Source: Trichodelitschia bisporula
Lineage: Eukaryota
Length of the DNA stretch: 64,000 bases
Reading direction: 5' to 3'
Assembly: GCA_010356995.1 (NCBI GenBank)
Contig: ML996694.1
Coordinates: forward strand, 929,224 to 993,223
The notes under the pieces were generated by a model. That model saw only the letters and a list, made by a program, of their open reading frames with translations. It was not told the origin of the DNA and searched no databases. Both the position numbers and the translations under genes were made by a program. Numbering within the stretch: the first letter of the stretch is position 1; each line of letters opens with the position of its first letter. This document shows positions 37,159-50,695 of the stretch, in pieces.

Positions 37159-38887
37159 TCAGAACCCAATTTTGGACTCGAAATAACCCCTGCATTCGGC
37201 CGCCCTCTCAAATGGAACGACCAAGACGGGGTGCACGGGTATGATTCGGTCCTCTTCATCGCCGGGTACGTTCGCTTGACCGACGGTGGTCCACCCATAC
37301 GCTGCTGTACCCGGAGTGACACCGAGAAGCTTCTCGTCCACCTCGAATTTGAAGACGTTTTGCGCGGCGCTCAGCCCAGCGAGGACGTAACAGGAATGGT
37401 AGCCGTCAGGGTACGTGGTAGGCTTGTCACGCAACCCCGCTGATCCCTGGCAGCAGCAGAGTATATAGCGTGTGAGCCCTTCCCGGGACCATATGTCTGC
37501 CGATCCTTCGGATTGCAGGGCGGCGGAAATCAGAGTCCAGCAACCACCAACCCAATGGCTGTAGCAGCCGTCAACAAGTTTGTTGGTGCGTCCGGCAAAA
37601 CCACCCTCTGGAGCACATTGGCGGTATGCCAACCAGGAGATAAGAGCAGGAATATCAATGTGTCTAGGCACTGTCAACGCAACGCTTCCACATGCACTGA
37701 CGGGTTCTACAAACCTTCTGATACTTTCATTCGGAGGAGCAATGATAGAAAGGCAAGCCAGAGCGCAGAATGCGTACGCGCCGTGAGCCTCGTTTGTTGG
37801 GGCCCCAGCTATGCCACCTTCGAAGGTCTGGCAGCTAGAGATCCATTCTGGAAGCTTTGCTAGGAAAGTTTCGACTCCATCCGCCCGCGCCGGGGCTTCC
37901 GGCGGAAGTTCATTGGGAAGATTCAGCAGGGAGATGACTGTCATTGCACAGTATGCGCCGCTGAGTGAAAAATTCAGTATAGTACAACTTGGAGGAGAAC
38001 TTGACATACCGAATATCCTTTTCACCCCCCTCGCACATGGTAAATCCTCCATCGCCCTGCTTCATGTGACCCAGCCAGTGCCACCTGGGCCACGGTCAGC
38101 GTAGTTAAAAAGACCTGAAAGTGATACGCACAGCGTTTTCCGGTTGATGAGATTGAGTGCAGCGTAGCCCCCGACAGTCACCAGGCTCAAGACGCTGGCA
38201 TAGGTGGTGGCCAAATGTGACAACTGGCCATGACCGCCGCCAAAGCCACCATCTCGATTTTGCATCGGTGTTAACGTTGATACGACTCTGATCGAATATT
38301 AGCGGGAGTCTAAGCGGAATCGTAGAATAGGAGGATTACTGGTCCCGCAGGTCCGTGACATCGTCCCCAAGCATAGACAGGCCTGACAGAGCCCAGTATA
38401 ACATCCACGGTCGACTGGCATCTGCTGCGGTAAAACCCCTCGGCAGGAGGTCCTCCAAATTCGATCGAAGGAACGTGATATGTCCCGCTCTGTTCAAGTG
38501 AGGCAGGCCGAAGGAGTTGAGGCGGCCTTCGGGGTTTGCTAACAAGGGAAGACAATCCTTCGCCGTCGCAAGCTCAACCTCCGAAGATTTAGTGATCAAG
38601 GAATCCTGTATCGGAGGAAGCTCGGTAAACTGGGAAGGAGTTTGGGGCATGGAACCCCGAGATGGCCTGTGAATCTCGGCTTCGACCGACATGGCGTGTT
38701 GATTTTTGTTGGATAGCTCCTTTTTCGTAGCCTTGGACGTTGTTGCGGACTGAGAGCTGCTATTAAACTTGACTCGTCGAGTCTTTTTGCGACCCTGGGT
38801 ATGAGGACGCATCCAGAGGCTATTGTAAGAGTATGGAGCTTTGCTTAATGTTGTTGTTGGACCTTTTGAAAGCTTGGGTCCCCGCAT
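37159..38887 (-). CDS. RAM1: Protein farnesyltransferase beta subunit
   Basis: Motifs 'DASRPWMLYW', 'GGFGGGHGQLSHLATTY', 'EAHGAYAFC', 'GRTNKLVDGCYSHW', 'GLRDKP' and 'DGYHSCY'. Four introns, including 38339-38288 and 37714-37664. Start codon uncertain (38887, about 38812 or 38692). Confidence 0.92.
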
Positions 38888-39755
38888 GCGGCGGATGAAG
38901 TTGAAGTTGGACAAGGGTGTTCTTGTGGTTCAGCTCTTTAACGAGAATATGAATGGACACTTCTGACAAACATTATCATCGTCTATGGCAGATCCGAAAA
39001 TGCTTTACTACGTATAGACAAAGGACGAGGGAAGCTCCAGCTTGGATGGTGGGGGTTGTCATAGATAGTCAGGTGATTGCCCATCAAGTCTGCGAGCTCC
39101 TGCCCTGCAATGAACTCAGCAGGCCGTCGCTTTCCGGCTGCTGGTGGAATTGAAAGGATGATCATGGCCTTAAATGTTGTGGAAAGAGGAGCAGTAAGGG
39201 AAAGGGAAGCAAGTCTTGTTCACCTCGAAGTTAATGCCAAAGAATCTTGTTTACATTCACATCTGAAGTTCATCAGACTTGCCCAGCCGGGCCGTTGAAA
39301 GTTCGCGACAAATACTGTGGTCTTCCCTAGCCACTTCGAATGTCTGCTCCCTAAGGGCTTGGGCAACTGAAAGAGCTGCAAGCCGCGCTCATGCTGAGAA
39401 ACGGCAGGCAGCGCATCGTTCCGACCGACACTTCTCCCTCCTTCATCGTTGTATGCTACTCTACCACATTTCTCTAGTCTGAGGGAAAAGGAACCGCTTC
39501 GTTTCCAACCTCAGAATCTCAGTCTTTGCGTGTAAGTGTTCTGCCGGCCATTCGGAAGTTTTCCCCAGCACCTCGTGTTGCGGCGCAAGCCCATGCAACC
39601 CGGACGTCATCTTTGCAACTTGCCCAATTGCTCCCGTCCCTAAACTTATCCACTCCTTCAACCATCTCAATTGCGCCGAATTCCCTTATTGCAGATGCAT
39701 TTCCCGGGATGACGATTGGCCAATTAATACTTAAACGCAGGACTTCTCGCACATC

Positions 39756-41405
39756 ATGGAGCCGGCGGCATCAGAAACAACGCCGCTCATTCCCTCCACT
39801 TCCCACTCCTCGTCGAAGCCGCACCGCACCGTAACCTTCAATCCCACCGTCTCGACCAGCACTCCTCCAGACACCTACAGTGATAGGCCTTCCACATCTT
39901 CAAATGTGCGAACACAGCCCTCAACATCGGGAGCGAGTACGGGTAGCGGGCCAGCCCTTTCCTCTCTCAACAGCAAGCTGCGGCGGAGAAACAGCCAGGG
40001 GGCCGTTCAGCCACCGCAGAGTCTTCCCGTGCAGAAGATTGGCCCTCAGAGAACTACAAAGACCGCACAGAAGCTCAAGATACTTCCAGACCCCGAACAC
40101 GGCGAAGATGGATCTGACGAGGAGAGCGGCCGCGATGTCTATTCCCAGTTCACCCGGATCAAGGATCCGACAGCACGTCGCGACGCAGCTCGGCTTGGGA
40201 GGGAGGATAGAGAACGGCTTCCTCGGGTCACGGCCTACTGCGCTGCTGGGTCCTATCGCTTAGAAGCGCTGATGCGGTATCTGAAGGGCAAGTCACGCAT
40301 CAGAGGAGCCGCCCCCAAGCTGTTTGACGAATGCATCTATACGCCTTACCGCTTCACACATCATACAGACAGAGTATTCTGGGAATCTGGCAGCGGATCA
40401 TCTACACCACACACGCGCAGATACTCGGATTCAATGGTAGACGTGGGCAACCTCTCGGAACAGCGACACGATCGCCTGGATACCCAGGACGAGCAGAACG
40501 GGGACGCTGAGTCGCGGAACGGCGCGATAGTAGACGACAGCTCACCATCTTCAGCTTTGGAGCCTGTACGGGAATCGCTGCCGCAGAGCCCCGATTTTGA
40601 TACGGAGGTGCATACTCCCGAAGTCTTCTTGTTCAGCTATGGCACGGTGGTCATATGGGGCATGTCAGTGCAAGAGGAGCTTCGATTCCTGAAAGAGATA
40701 TCCAAATTTGAGGTTGAAAAGCTTGCAAAAGGGGACGTGCAGACAGAAGATTTCAACTTCTATTATACCCGCGAATACCAGGCCCGCATCTACAACGACT
40801 TCATCAGCTTGCGGGATAAGAAGAACTACATGACCAAGCTTGCCATCAGCCATGCGTTGTCCCAAAGTGTAAAGGTACGGCCAACATCAATCTGCTGCTT
40901 GGAGACCCAACGAGACTAATTTCACGCCAGACTTCTCTCTACGAGGCCTTGGTGGACAACACGATTGAGACCACGAAAGGCATCCCGTCACAGATCGCTC
41001 TTACTGGAAAAGTCAACCTCACTAGGCGTGAGATTAACATGCAGATTGGCGAACTGTTCATCTTGCGGATCAATATCCATCTCCAGGGATCTGTTCTCGA
41101 TGCACCCGAGCTCATGTGGGCTGAACCGCAACTGGATCCAATTTACCAGGCCGTTCGCAGTTACCTCGAAATGGACCAACGCGTCAGCCTCCTAACGGAA
41201 CGCTTGAACGTCATTGCCGACTTGCTTGCGGTGCTGAAGGACCAGTTGACGCATTCCCACGGGGAGTATTTGGAATGGATCGGTGCGTATGCTAGACGGA
41301 TCAATGATTGCATGCTAACAACGAGTAGTGATCGTTTTGATTGCGGCTGAGATCGTGGTGGCGGGCATCAATATCATCGTCGATCTTTACGCAGGAGTCG
41401 ATTAG
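39756..41405 (+). CDS. RMD1: Sporulation protein Rmd1 (DUF155 family)
   Basis: 'LPRVTAYC', 'EVFLFSYGTVVIWGM', 'KLAISHALSQSVK' and 'LEWIVIVLIAAE'. Introns 40875-40930 and 41283-41328. Confidence 0.9.
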
Positions 41406-42085
41406 GCAATTTTGGGAACTGCGAAATCTGCCAGAATCAAGGAGCTGTCGTAACGCAGGAATCCTTTGTATGAAGGCGTACATACGGCTTGTTTGGGCTT
41501 CTCCAGGCTGGCGGTCGGTGTCTAGCAACTTGCAAGCGGTGAGATTTTTCTGGGGCTTTCGAGGCTTGCAGCTAGCCCCTAAGCTTTGCTCTTCGTGCCT
41601 TCGTTCGATACCCTCGCACCCACGGCCACTGGGAACTGTGGTCGCAGTTAAAATGGAAATCCATAGCATAGTCAGGCGCTGAAGTGGGGAGTGTAGTCTT
41701 AGTTAATTCGTTAGTCTAATGCATCAGCACGGGAAAGTGTCACCGTTAGAGCATTGAGATCAACTGTTCTGGCATTTGTTTGTTTGGGATTGAAGTCAAC
41801 GGGTATTCCGACACTTTGCGTACTGACCACGTCCCAGAGCTATGGCTGGAAAACGCAATGAAGTACGGCTGCAAAGCTGCATAAAGAAACGGTGAAGACT
41901 CCGATGCTTGCAAGATCTGGCATGTTGAGCCCATTGACCCAGAGTCTTGGCAAATCTAATGCGATCCCTGAGCCGACAACCGCAACGCTCCGCTACTGGT
42001 GGCGGTGCTACTGCATTCTCCGCAACAGCACAATGCGCACACCTTTGACACCTTGCTCCCTTTTCCTCCAAATGTTGCATCCCAG

Positions 42086-45000
42086 ATGAGTTGGAATCTC
42101 CTCGAGCGCTTTCTAGAGAGTGAGCATTTCAACAAAGACCCATCGCTTTGCATACAGTACCTCTCGTGAGCCTCAACGTTGCCCAAAGTGTGTCCTGTAC
42201 CTCGCTTCATGAGCTGACGCTTCCCCTCCCCCCCCAGACGGTATGCAGATCACGTTGGCATCCACTATGTGCTCTGCTCGAAGCTGCGCCGGTTCTCCTA
42301 CGAGGAGCTCGAATTCTTTCTACCCCAGCTATGTTACCTGCTTGTCTCAATCGACAACGAGTCCATGGCGCTGGAGGAGTTCATACTCGATCTGTGCGAG
42401 GAATCCGTGAATGCAGCTCTACTGGTAAATCTCCACTGTTGCGAACCGTTAGCTTGCCACAGTACTGATGGGCGGGCTACAGACGTTCTGGCTCTTCCAG
42501 ACCTACCTGCACGACCAGGCCGGAAACCCCCAGTCCATCCACTTCAAGACCACCCGGCGGATATACAACAAGGTCCAGCGCATTGTCTTTGGCGCATCCG
42601 AAGCAGTGCATCGTGAGAGGATAAAGGAGAACGCGCTGCCGGTCACGGTTCTGGCTAGTATCATCTTAGCGTCCGTTGCCGTGCCAGCATTCGCCAGACA
42701 ATGTGGACCGCTTGCCATTGCCCAGGCCCGTCGACCGCGACCTCACGATGATATCATATCTGATGTTTCGCAACCTCAACGAGTTGGGAGGAGCAATACC
42801 GTGGCAACTTCCTCGCCTAAGCCACGCCAGCGCAAGCATGCGCAGCACGGCCGCATGGATGCAGACAGCCGAAGAGCTCTCAAGCAGCTTCCCGAACGAC
42901 CCCGGAGCAACCCGCAAAAGCCGTCTCAAACAGGTTCTTCACTGTCTTCCCTTTCCGTAAGCCATCCAGTCGCAGCTACCAGCGCGCCCACCCTCAAGGT
43001 CGAACCACCAGATGCCCGGCTTAGTTCTTCATCCCTGCCCGAGATCGGGCAGCCGCCTGAGCCACTACCCGGTCCACCACCGCCAGGCAGCGCGGGGATT
43101 ATCTCCAGACCAGAACGACTGCACCGCCGTCACACGCAAGTTGCCCGCCCTTTGACGCCTTCTGTGCTATCTCAAGAGCAGAAGACTCGCCTTCTTCGCT
43201 CAAACTACTTTCGCAGTGAATCTGCTTTCCTCACGGCGCTTCAAGATATATCAAACCGGCTGGTTATTGTACCCAAACCAGCACGCTTGAGCGCTTTGAG
43301 GGCTGAACTGGCTTTAATAGCACAGGATCTGCCTGCAGAAGTTGATATCCCCATAATATGCCCGGCATCACTTGAGGATGGGCAGCCAAGGAGAAGCAAA
43401 CATCACCGGGTAGTGCGCATAAATCCTGCCGAGGCTACCAGTCTCAATAGCGCTGAGAGGGTGCCGTATCTGCTGTTCCTGGAAGTTCTCCGGGATGACT
43501 TTGACTTCAACCCCGATACGGAGGAGAATGTGCATCTCCTTGCTAAGTTGATGGCAGAAAAGGGTTCCTCTAGCCGGCGCCTGTTCGATATTTCTGACAC
43601 CGGCCGCGAGTTCGTCAAAGAGACACCGGTGCCGCTGGGGCAGGATAGCGTGCTGGAACCTGCAAACGGAGACTTGGGAAACTCGCCAATGATCAACACA
43701 TTCCCCTTTTCGTCTCAGGCAAACTTACCTTCCAGAACCAGGTCACCGGCGCCCACCGCTACCGCTGATATCGCCGCCAGATTCGCGATAGAACGCTCCT
43801 CAAGTGGCACCAATCCGAAATCGATCTTGACGGAAAACTCCACGCCTCGCTCATCGGGTGCAGGGTACAGTCGTTCGGAGAGTCCATCTCGCAGAATGAC
43901 GATGCCCGGCCGTAACTCGACGCTGGAGCAAACGGATGTCTCGGCTCTCGCCACCCACATGCGCGCAGCTGCTCAGATGCTTGCACAGTTGGAGCAAAGC
44001 GGGTCGAAGCGTCCCAAGAACGAAGTCGCAGCCATCAAAGCAAAAATTATTGCGAGTATGCAGACTCTTGAGGAACAAAGCTTCTTCTTAGATGATCCCT
44101 CGATGACTTCCACGTTTGATACCATCATGGCCAAGGATGTCGCTGGTTCGAGCGGTGACGGAGGTCAGTTTGACGGCGATTATGAGGATTCTTCGGACCG
44201 TGGCATGAACTCGGGCGCTGGGGCGGCACGAATGGAAAATGACCAGAAGACTGGCGGAGTCCGCCGTCAAGGTGATCGAGACGATCCCAGTGCCGCAACG
44301 TTCGGCGAGGAATGGTCTGCGAAAAAGGAGCGTATCCGCCGTTCCTCGCCCTTTGGGTGGATGAAGAACTGGGATTTGGTCAGTGTCATCGTCAAGACGG
44401 GGGCCGATCTTCGACAGGAAGCCTTTGCCTGCCAGCTCATCGGCGTGTGTGCCCGCATCTGGCAGGCGGCCGACGTTCCGGTATGGGTCAAAGAGATGCG
44501 CATCCTTGTCACAGGCGAGTCGTCCGGGCTCATCGAGACCATCACCAACGGTGTTTCGCTCCATTCCCTGAAGCGCAGCCTCACGCTCGCCAGCATTGCT
44601 AGCGGACCCAACCAGCGGAAGCGCATTGCCACACTGCACGATCACTTCATTAAGACGTTCGGTGAACCCGACAGCGAAGGATATGCAGCCGGGCTGGCAG
44701 CCTTCCAACGCAGTCTGGCGGCATACAGCATCATCTCCTACGTGCTGCAGCTCAAGGACCGACACAACGGCAACATCCTGATCGATAACTTCGGCCATAT
44801 CATCCACATCGACTTTGGCTTCATGCTGTCCAACTCGCCGGGTAGTATGGGGTTCGAGGCGGCACCCTTCAAGCTGACACAGGAATACATCGACGTGCTG
44901 GGCGGCATCGGCTCACCGGGCTTTGACGAGTTCAAGCGGTTATGCAAAGCGGCGTTCCAGGCGCTGCGGCGCGAGGCCGAGAAGATTGTCATGCTCGTCG

Positions 45001-45260
45001 ATGTTATGGGGAAGCAGAGCCGCATGCCTTGCTTTGCGTACGGAGTCACGCAGGCAGTTAATTCGCTTAGGTCGAGGTTCGTGTTGCATTTGTCCAGGGA
45101 CGAGGCAGAGGTCTTTGTCGAGGAGTTGATTGCAAAGAGCGCTGGGAGTTATTACACGAGGCTGTAAGTCTTTGGTTGCTCCACCGTAGCTTGTCGAGAG
45201 GTTGCTGACAACGTTTGCAGATATGATACCTTCCAGTATCGCACTCAAGGGATATACTGA
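42086..45260 (+). CDS. PIK1: Phosphatidylinositol 4-kinase (type III beta)
   Basis: 'LNSAERVPYLL', 'VIVKTGADLRQE', 'KDRHNGNILID', 'HIDFGF' and C-terminal 'YDTFQYRTQGIY'. Introns 42166-42237, 42425-42482 and 45164-45220. Confidence 0.95.
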
Positions 45261-48206
45261 GCGCGGCATTGGAATGGGGTTCCGCAGACGCTGCGTGGTT
45301 CGTTGGGCGAGCATACTGGACCGGAGCCGAAGCAGGACGATGGAGTTGGCTGATCCTTTCACCATGATAGAACTCCGCATTCAAAATAGAGATGACGGTC
45401 ATGCACGACCAAATTGCATTGCACTTCGTTGAGGCCCAAGGGCCCTCCCTCTGCATCCCTGGTATCCGGACTTGGTGATGTCCAATGGCATGATATCCGA
45501 AGATCCCAGCAGTATCAGCATTCTCAACACTTGCAGAGTTCAGTTGCATCCCTCCCCCCCTCACTCCCATCTATGACCGTTGGCCGATGCATCGTCCCTA
45601 GCACACGAAAGCGCGCAGTACGCGAAAACGAGACGCGGTGATCCGGGTGCCCATCACCATGCATGCACGAACGCGGGGTAATGACAGCACAGCCTTACCG
45701 CCTGCGGCCCTCCACAAGCCATGCACGTAGACGAGAACGATAGGCGCTGCGGTGAGGGCAATGAAAAATTCTCAGTGGGTGAAAATCAGCGAGGTTGTGC
45801 GCTTAGCCGGCATGATGGCAATCCACAGCCCGAGGCTCGGGCCGAATGCTCCCAGTTTTTGGACAGATCGGGAGCGCGCCGCGAGCCCTTGCATGCGATT
45901 ACATACCGGGACGCGCGTGGAACATGGGTCATCCCTTCTGCAGCGCTGGGAAGGTTCCGAGAAAATTCTTTTCCCTGGCTTGATGCTGTGCGGGGGGTTA
46001 TGGGCAAGGGCGAGCATTCCAGGCTTTTGATTTGCGCTGCGGCGGGAATGGAGATCCGGTCGATTATTGTTGCTCGACTTGGCGTGGAGTGGAGAGCGAT
46101 GACTTGACGTCGCACTGGAGGAACGCGGAGATAAACCACCACAACAAATCACCACGCGACGAATCATCGACGCAAAACACTTGGCCAAACATTCCAACTG
46201 GTGAGTGAATGGAGATATGGGATTGGAGCGCGGAGGCAGGCCAAGAGGCCGCATTGGCGGCCTCCTTTTCATCGCAGGGCGATGGGCGCGATGCGGGCTT
46301 GCGAACTGCGCGATGGACAGTCGCGCGTTCTCAGCTATCATGACGCGTACCTGGATGAGCTTGGCTGCTTCGGTGCATAGGGCTTTTCTGCAACTTGCCA
46401 TAAGTGTCGCGGGTCACATTGGGGGACTGCACGACAGGCGCCACTGCGAGCTCGCGCGTTTTGCCGTGGTGCAGCGGACAGTCGCGGCGCTGTATATTGT
46501 ACACCGTCGCTCTTGGAGAATGGGACAAAATGATGTTGCGCAGTGTGGAGCCCACGGGGTGCAAACGGTGCGGGCTTTGGCCTGTGAGCTGCGATGAGGC
46601 GGGGAAGATGTGACACTTGCGACTCGGATGTCAAGGTTGCGGAGTCAGAAAGGAGAAGAAGGAAAGAAATGCGCCCGCTTGGTGCTCGCCGAAGTCCCGA
46701 ATATCCTTGATGTTCCCTGAATGCATGAAGCGGACGCGGCCCTGATTGGCTCGCTTGGTGTCTTTCAGAGTTGCTTTGCAGTGGTACTCGGACCGTGCGG
46801 GGGGGGGAAGCTTGGGCTGATAGCCCTGGGGAAGAGATGAAACGCGACCAAGCAGCCAGCCTGATGTCTATCACGTTCCTAACCGCGCTCACGCGTGTGC
46901 TGAGAATTCTTGAGCTGAGGGAGGGGAAACGGTTGAATGTGATTGTGATGAAGAGAAGGGCTTGTTGGTAAGATGATAACGATGATAGAGAGAAATGAAG
47001 AATTCGATAAACTTGATGCATTCCATCCGATGACTGATGGATACATTCCATTCCAGCAGTCCCAAAAGAGCAACCAGCACAACAAAAGAAGTCCAAAAAG
47101 AAGGTGTCGCTTCCATTTCCTGGTTAGGGTGACCAGGACACGAACCAATGCCTTGGGGACGACAGGCGGTAGTCTAGACTTAAAACTGTCTAGCGGCAAA
47201 GCAAACGGCCACCGTCTTTTCGCGCCTGGGGCTGCACTTTCCCATTCCTCGGCCCCATCTTTTCCCTCCTCCTCTCTTCCCAACCTCATCTTCGCCAGCG
47301 ACAAACGCGAGATCGCGAGTCGTATCTTGTTTCATCTTTCTCTGCTTATCTTTTCATCTCTCCTTCATCTCTACATCTTTAACTATCCCATCTTCACCCC
47401 CTTATACTTTTCAACTGCGCTAGCTAACCCTCGCCTTCCCGTGTGGCTTGCGCGCGCATCGCATCTGCAGCTCGCGGCGTCTGTCCCTTCTCAAACCGCA
47501 GCATCCCTACAACATCCACCACACCACCTCCCCCCACACGAGCTTAAACAACCGCGTCGGCCTCTTGCACATCCCGACGCGACTCACATCTCATGGATCC
47601 CTCAACGCCAGTCCGCCGGCCTAAAGACGACATCCTCGCCAGCGACTTTCCTCCCGTCTACCGTCGTCCAGTATCTGTCGACCGTTGAAGAAGAAAAAGG
47701 GCGAATCCCATCTGCCTTCACTGCACAACGCATCCTATCCGAACCAGCCACGAAGGTCGCTACATCATCACCACCACACCGATAACTCTTCGCCTTGTGC
47801 AACGGGTGCCTTTTTCTTCATATCTCAACCCCGCACCCCCTCCGCCCACTCACTTTCTTATGCCGTAATCCGTCCCTCTTGTCCAACTTTTCCCCAAACC
47901 CCACCACTATCACTGCACCGACTAGCAAGACGCCTTTGTCGTCTCGAACACTTCACAATTGTCCCTTTCGCTCTGTCAGATCTTTGTACATTAGGCTCAC
48001 ATCTCTACGGCGGATTTCCGCTACCCCTCTGTATCCCCTTTGAACCCTCCAAACCGCTGTTCCCCACTTTTTGGACACGGTGAACGCTAGCACCGTCTCA
48101 TACTGTCTTGGATATTGCTTTTCGCCTTTAGCACGGCAAGGCGCAGTATCCTACCCACCGTCTCACACGCCGCCGGTCTTATACCCCTCCCCCCCTTACC
48201 GCAACG

Positions 48207-50186
48207 ATGCTCAGCACCCCCAGTGCCTCCTACCGGCAGTTACCCCCCCAATCCCGCCGTCCCAGTCTTTCGCCCTCTGAGCGACCATCAACCTCTTCAG
48301 GCGAGAAGATTGAGCCCAAGTCAGACTTCCTCCGCGATGCCCTTCGCGAGAAGAAGGGTCTGCCTCCCCGAGCCCGTTCAACTACACCGCGCCGCGCTCG
48401 TATCGGCCTAAAGAGCCAGGCCTTTCACGACGACTGGATGCCTACCTCCGAAGACGAATCGAAGACCACCAGACGTCACTCCTTTCGTCCCCAACGCCCC
48501 CGCCGGGCTAGTGACATCATTGCCGGCGGGCTTCAAGCGCAGAACCGCAGTTTGGGCGCCCGTGAAGCGGACGCACGAATGGACAAGCTGGAGAAAGAGA
48601 ACTGGGACTTGAAGCATCGGATTGCCTTGCAACAGGAACGGGCCACTCAACTCAACGAACAGTTGGAGCAGGCCTTGGAACAACTTGAGAGGACTCGAAC
48701 CGTGCGCGAAGAAGCGGAAAGCCTCAAGACGCGCGTCACAGCTGCCGACAAGGAGATTGAGCGTCTGAAAACCGACAATGTCGAACTGACTGAGCTGAAC
48801 GATGACCTGGTCAAGGAATTAGAAGTGCGGGATAGGGAAGTCGAAGAGCGACAATTGGCCATCGAGGAGGCTGCTGGCATCATCCAAAAAATGGAGATGA
48901 GGATCGAGTCAATGGCCAAGGCTGCAAAGTACGGCCCCGCAAACCTTCTGTCGTCACCAGATCGCCTTCCCGACTCCGATTATTTCTCTGCCGATAACGA
49001 ATCCATTGCTGCGTCGACAAGACCGCCCTCGTCTCGCCTAAACGCCCAGCATCTATCGGCTCACGACTCGGATTACTTTTCCGCCGAAAACTCTCCCCGC
49101 CCTCCCCGCACTCCGGCGCAAGTCCGTAGCTTTGCTGCAAGCGACAGCAAGCTCACCCCAGCTCAGCTCCAGCGTGCAAAAACATCTGCCGCTTCATTCA
49201 ACCGCGAACTCGGCCTGCGTTCGGCAGCCTCAAAGGACTCGCTTCTTGCAGCTTTCCTTGACCAAACCCGTCCAGCTCCCATCCGCTCTCAGTCGCATGG
49301 GCATTCGAAATCGAGTAGTCAAATCTCTGCTCCTTCTAGCAGTCAGAGTAATCTTCGCACTCTGCGCCGTCGCACGCCTACTCCGGGTCCCGCCTCAGGA
49401 TTGCCGCCGACCCGATCCGCCACCTCTATTCCTCCTACCACCTCTGCCTATGCGCCGCCGTCCCCAATCGTGACGCCCGCGCCACCCACGCCCCGTGCTA
49501 CTACGCCCGTGTGGCCGTCTTCATCTCGCCCTCTTCGCAACCTCTTTCTCTCTGGCGAGCTGGCTCGTCCGGTGCATGGTGTGCCTGCCCAAGCCCCACC
49601 AAGCCCCAGTGTGACCTGCGCCTCCACCGTTGGTGGTCGGTCGTACGGACCTAGCCCCCGTTCCAGTAATATTTCCACGAGGAGCAGCGGCGACGATGAT
49701 GCATTCAGCAGGATCGAAACGCCGTGTCCCGGTGGCGCTTCCCTTTCGAGCATTCGACAACGAAGCATGAGTCAGAGCCCAGCGACTACCGTCAGTGACC
49801 TCGTGAGCACGAGCGGCCACAGCATCAGCAAACCGCGCCCCATTCCTACGGCGCAGAGCGTCAACTACAATGCCTGGCCGCGCAAATATCCGGCTTGGCC
49901 ACCCAGCGCGAGCCTCGTCAATCGAGATCTCTTGTATCACGGATCTGCCAGCGCTACTACCCTGGATGACTTGTATGGCGTGAGCCCACCGAGTGGGGAT
50001 GAGGGATTGCCTGGGGCTGGAGGAGTATCCGTGACTACGCTGGCCAGCGCCGAGTCTGGCGGTAGTGGAGGGGTCGGTATCTCATCCAGCATCGAAAAAT
50101 CGGTTCCTCCTGCACCACGGAGACCGGCTCCAGGGAAACCGACGCCGGGGACCGAACGTCGGAGACGCAGCAGTTTCCTGCGTTAA
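48207..50186 (+). CDS. Coiled-coil protein with a centrosomin motif 1 (CM1/Cnn_1N)-like segment and a disordered Ser/Pro tail
   Basis: 659-aa ORF. 'LGAREADARMDKLEKENWDLKHRI' resembles the CM1 consensus (L.kENFdLKl.I) and is followed by about 110 aa of coiled coil. Confidence 0.7.
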   Translation: MLSTPSASYRQLPPQSRRPSLSPSERPSTSSGEKIEPKSDFLRDALREKKGLPPRARSTTPRRARIGLKSQAFHDDWMPTSEDESKTTRRHSFRPQRPRRASDIIAGGLQAQNRSLGAREADARMDKLEKENWDLKHRIALQQERATQLNEQLEQALEQLERTRTVREEAESLKTRVTAADKEIERLKTDNVELTELNDDLVKELEVRDREVEERQLAIEEAAGIIQKMEMRIESMAKAAKYGPANLLSSPDRLPDSDYFSADNESIAASTRPPSSRLNAQHLSAHDSDYFSAENSPRPPRTPAQVRSFAASDSKLTPAQLQRAKTSAASFNRELGLRSAASKDSLLAAFLDQTRPAPIRSQSHGHSKSSSQISAPSSSQSNLRTLRRRTPTPGPASGLPPTRSATSIPPTTSAYAPPSPIVTPAPPTPRATTPVWPSSSRPLRNLFLSGELARPVHGVPAQAPPSPSVTCASTVGGRSYGPSPRSSNISTRSSGDDDAFSRIETPCPGGASLSSIRQRSMSQSPATTVSDLVSTSGHSISKPRPIPTAQSVNYNAWPRKYPAWPPSASLVNRDLLYHGSASATTLDDLYGVSPPSGDEGLPGAGGVSVTTLASAESGGSGGVGISSSIEKSVPPAPRRPAPGKPTPGTERRRRSSFLR

Positions 50187-50695
50187 CGCGTCTTCTTTAG
50201 TTTGCTTCAAAACAGTACTAATTTCTGCTTTCGTCGCACTGATACCCAAATTTGTTCTCGTGGCTCTGGGAGGTGCGGGACGACTCTTGGGGAAATAACT
50301 CAGTGCGTATTTTGGATGTTCCAACTCCCCTCATGCTGCTCCGACTGGATCTTAAATGCCATGTCTTGTGCCCTTGTTAAGTTTTTCTCTTTGCTCATTT
50401 GCCTGGCGCATGGAAGCTGCATTTTCTTTTGGGTATGGATATTGGGGTATGGCAGGGCGGGTTGGGGTATCTGGGCCAAAAATGTCCCCGGCGTGGGTCC
50501 GCCTGCTCGCTTTGTGTCGACTGGCGTTGTTCCTCGTTTCACTTCTCCACTTCGGTGCCAAACTGTACTTATAGCAGGATCTCGGCTCGCATCACATGCT
50601 AGCAGGTGTCTGGGGAAGATTGACACCGGCTTCAATGCAGAGTTTGAAATGCCAGGAACTTCGGCTTCCATTTCGTTCCTCCTCCCTACCCACTT

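Noticed and set aside
45772..47785. Several 200-270-aa ORFs between PIK1 and the CM1 gene, plus scattered ACGCG (MCB-like) motifs
   Set aside because: The ORFs overlap on both strands with UTR-like composition. CGCG motifs are common in this GC-rich sequence, so I cannot claim enrichment without statistics.
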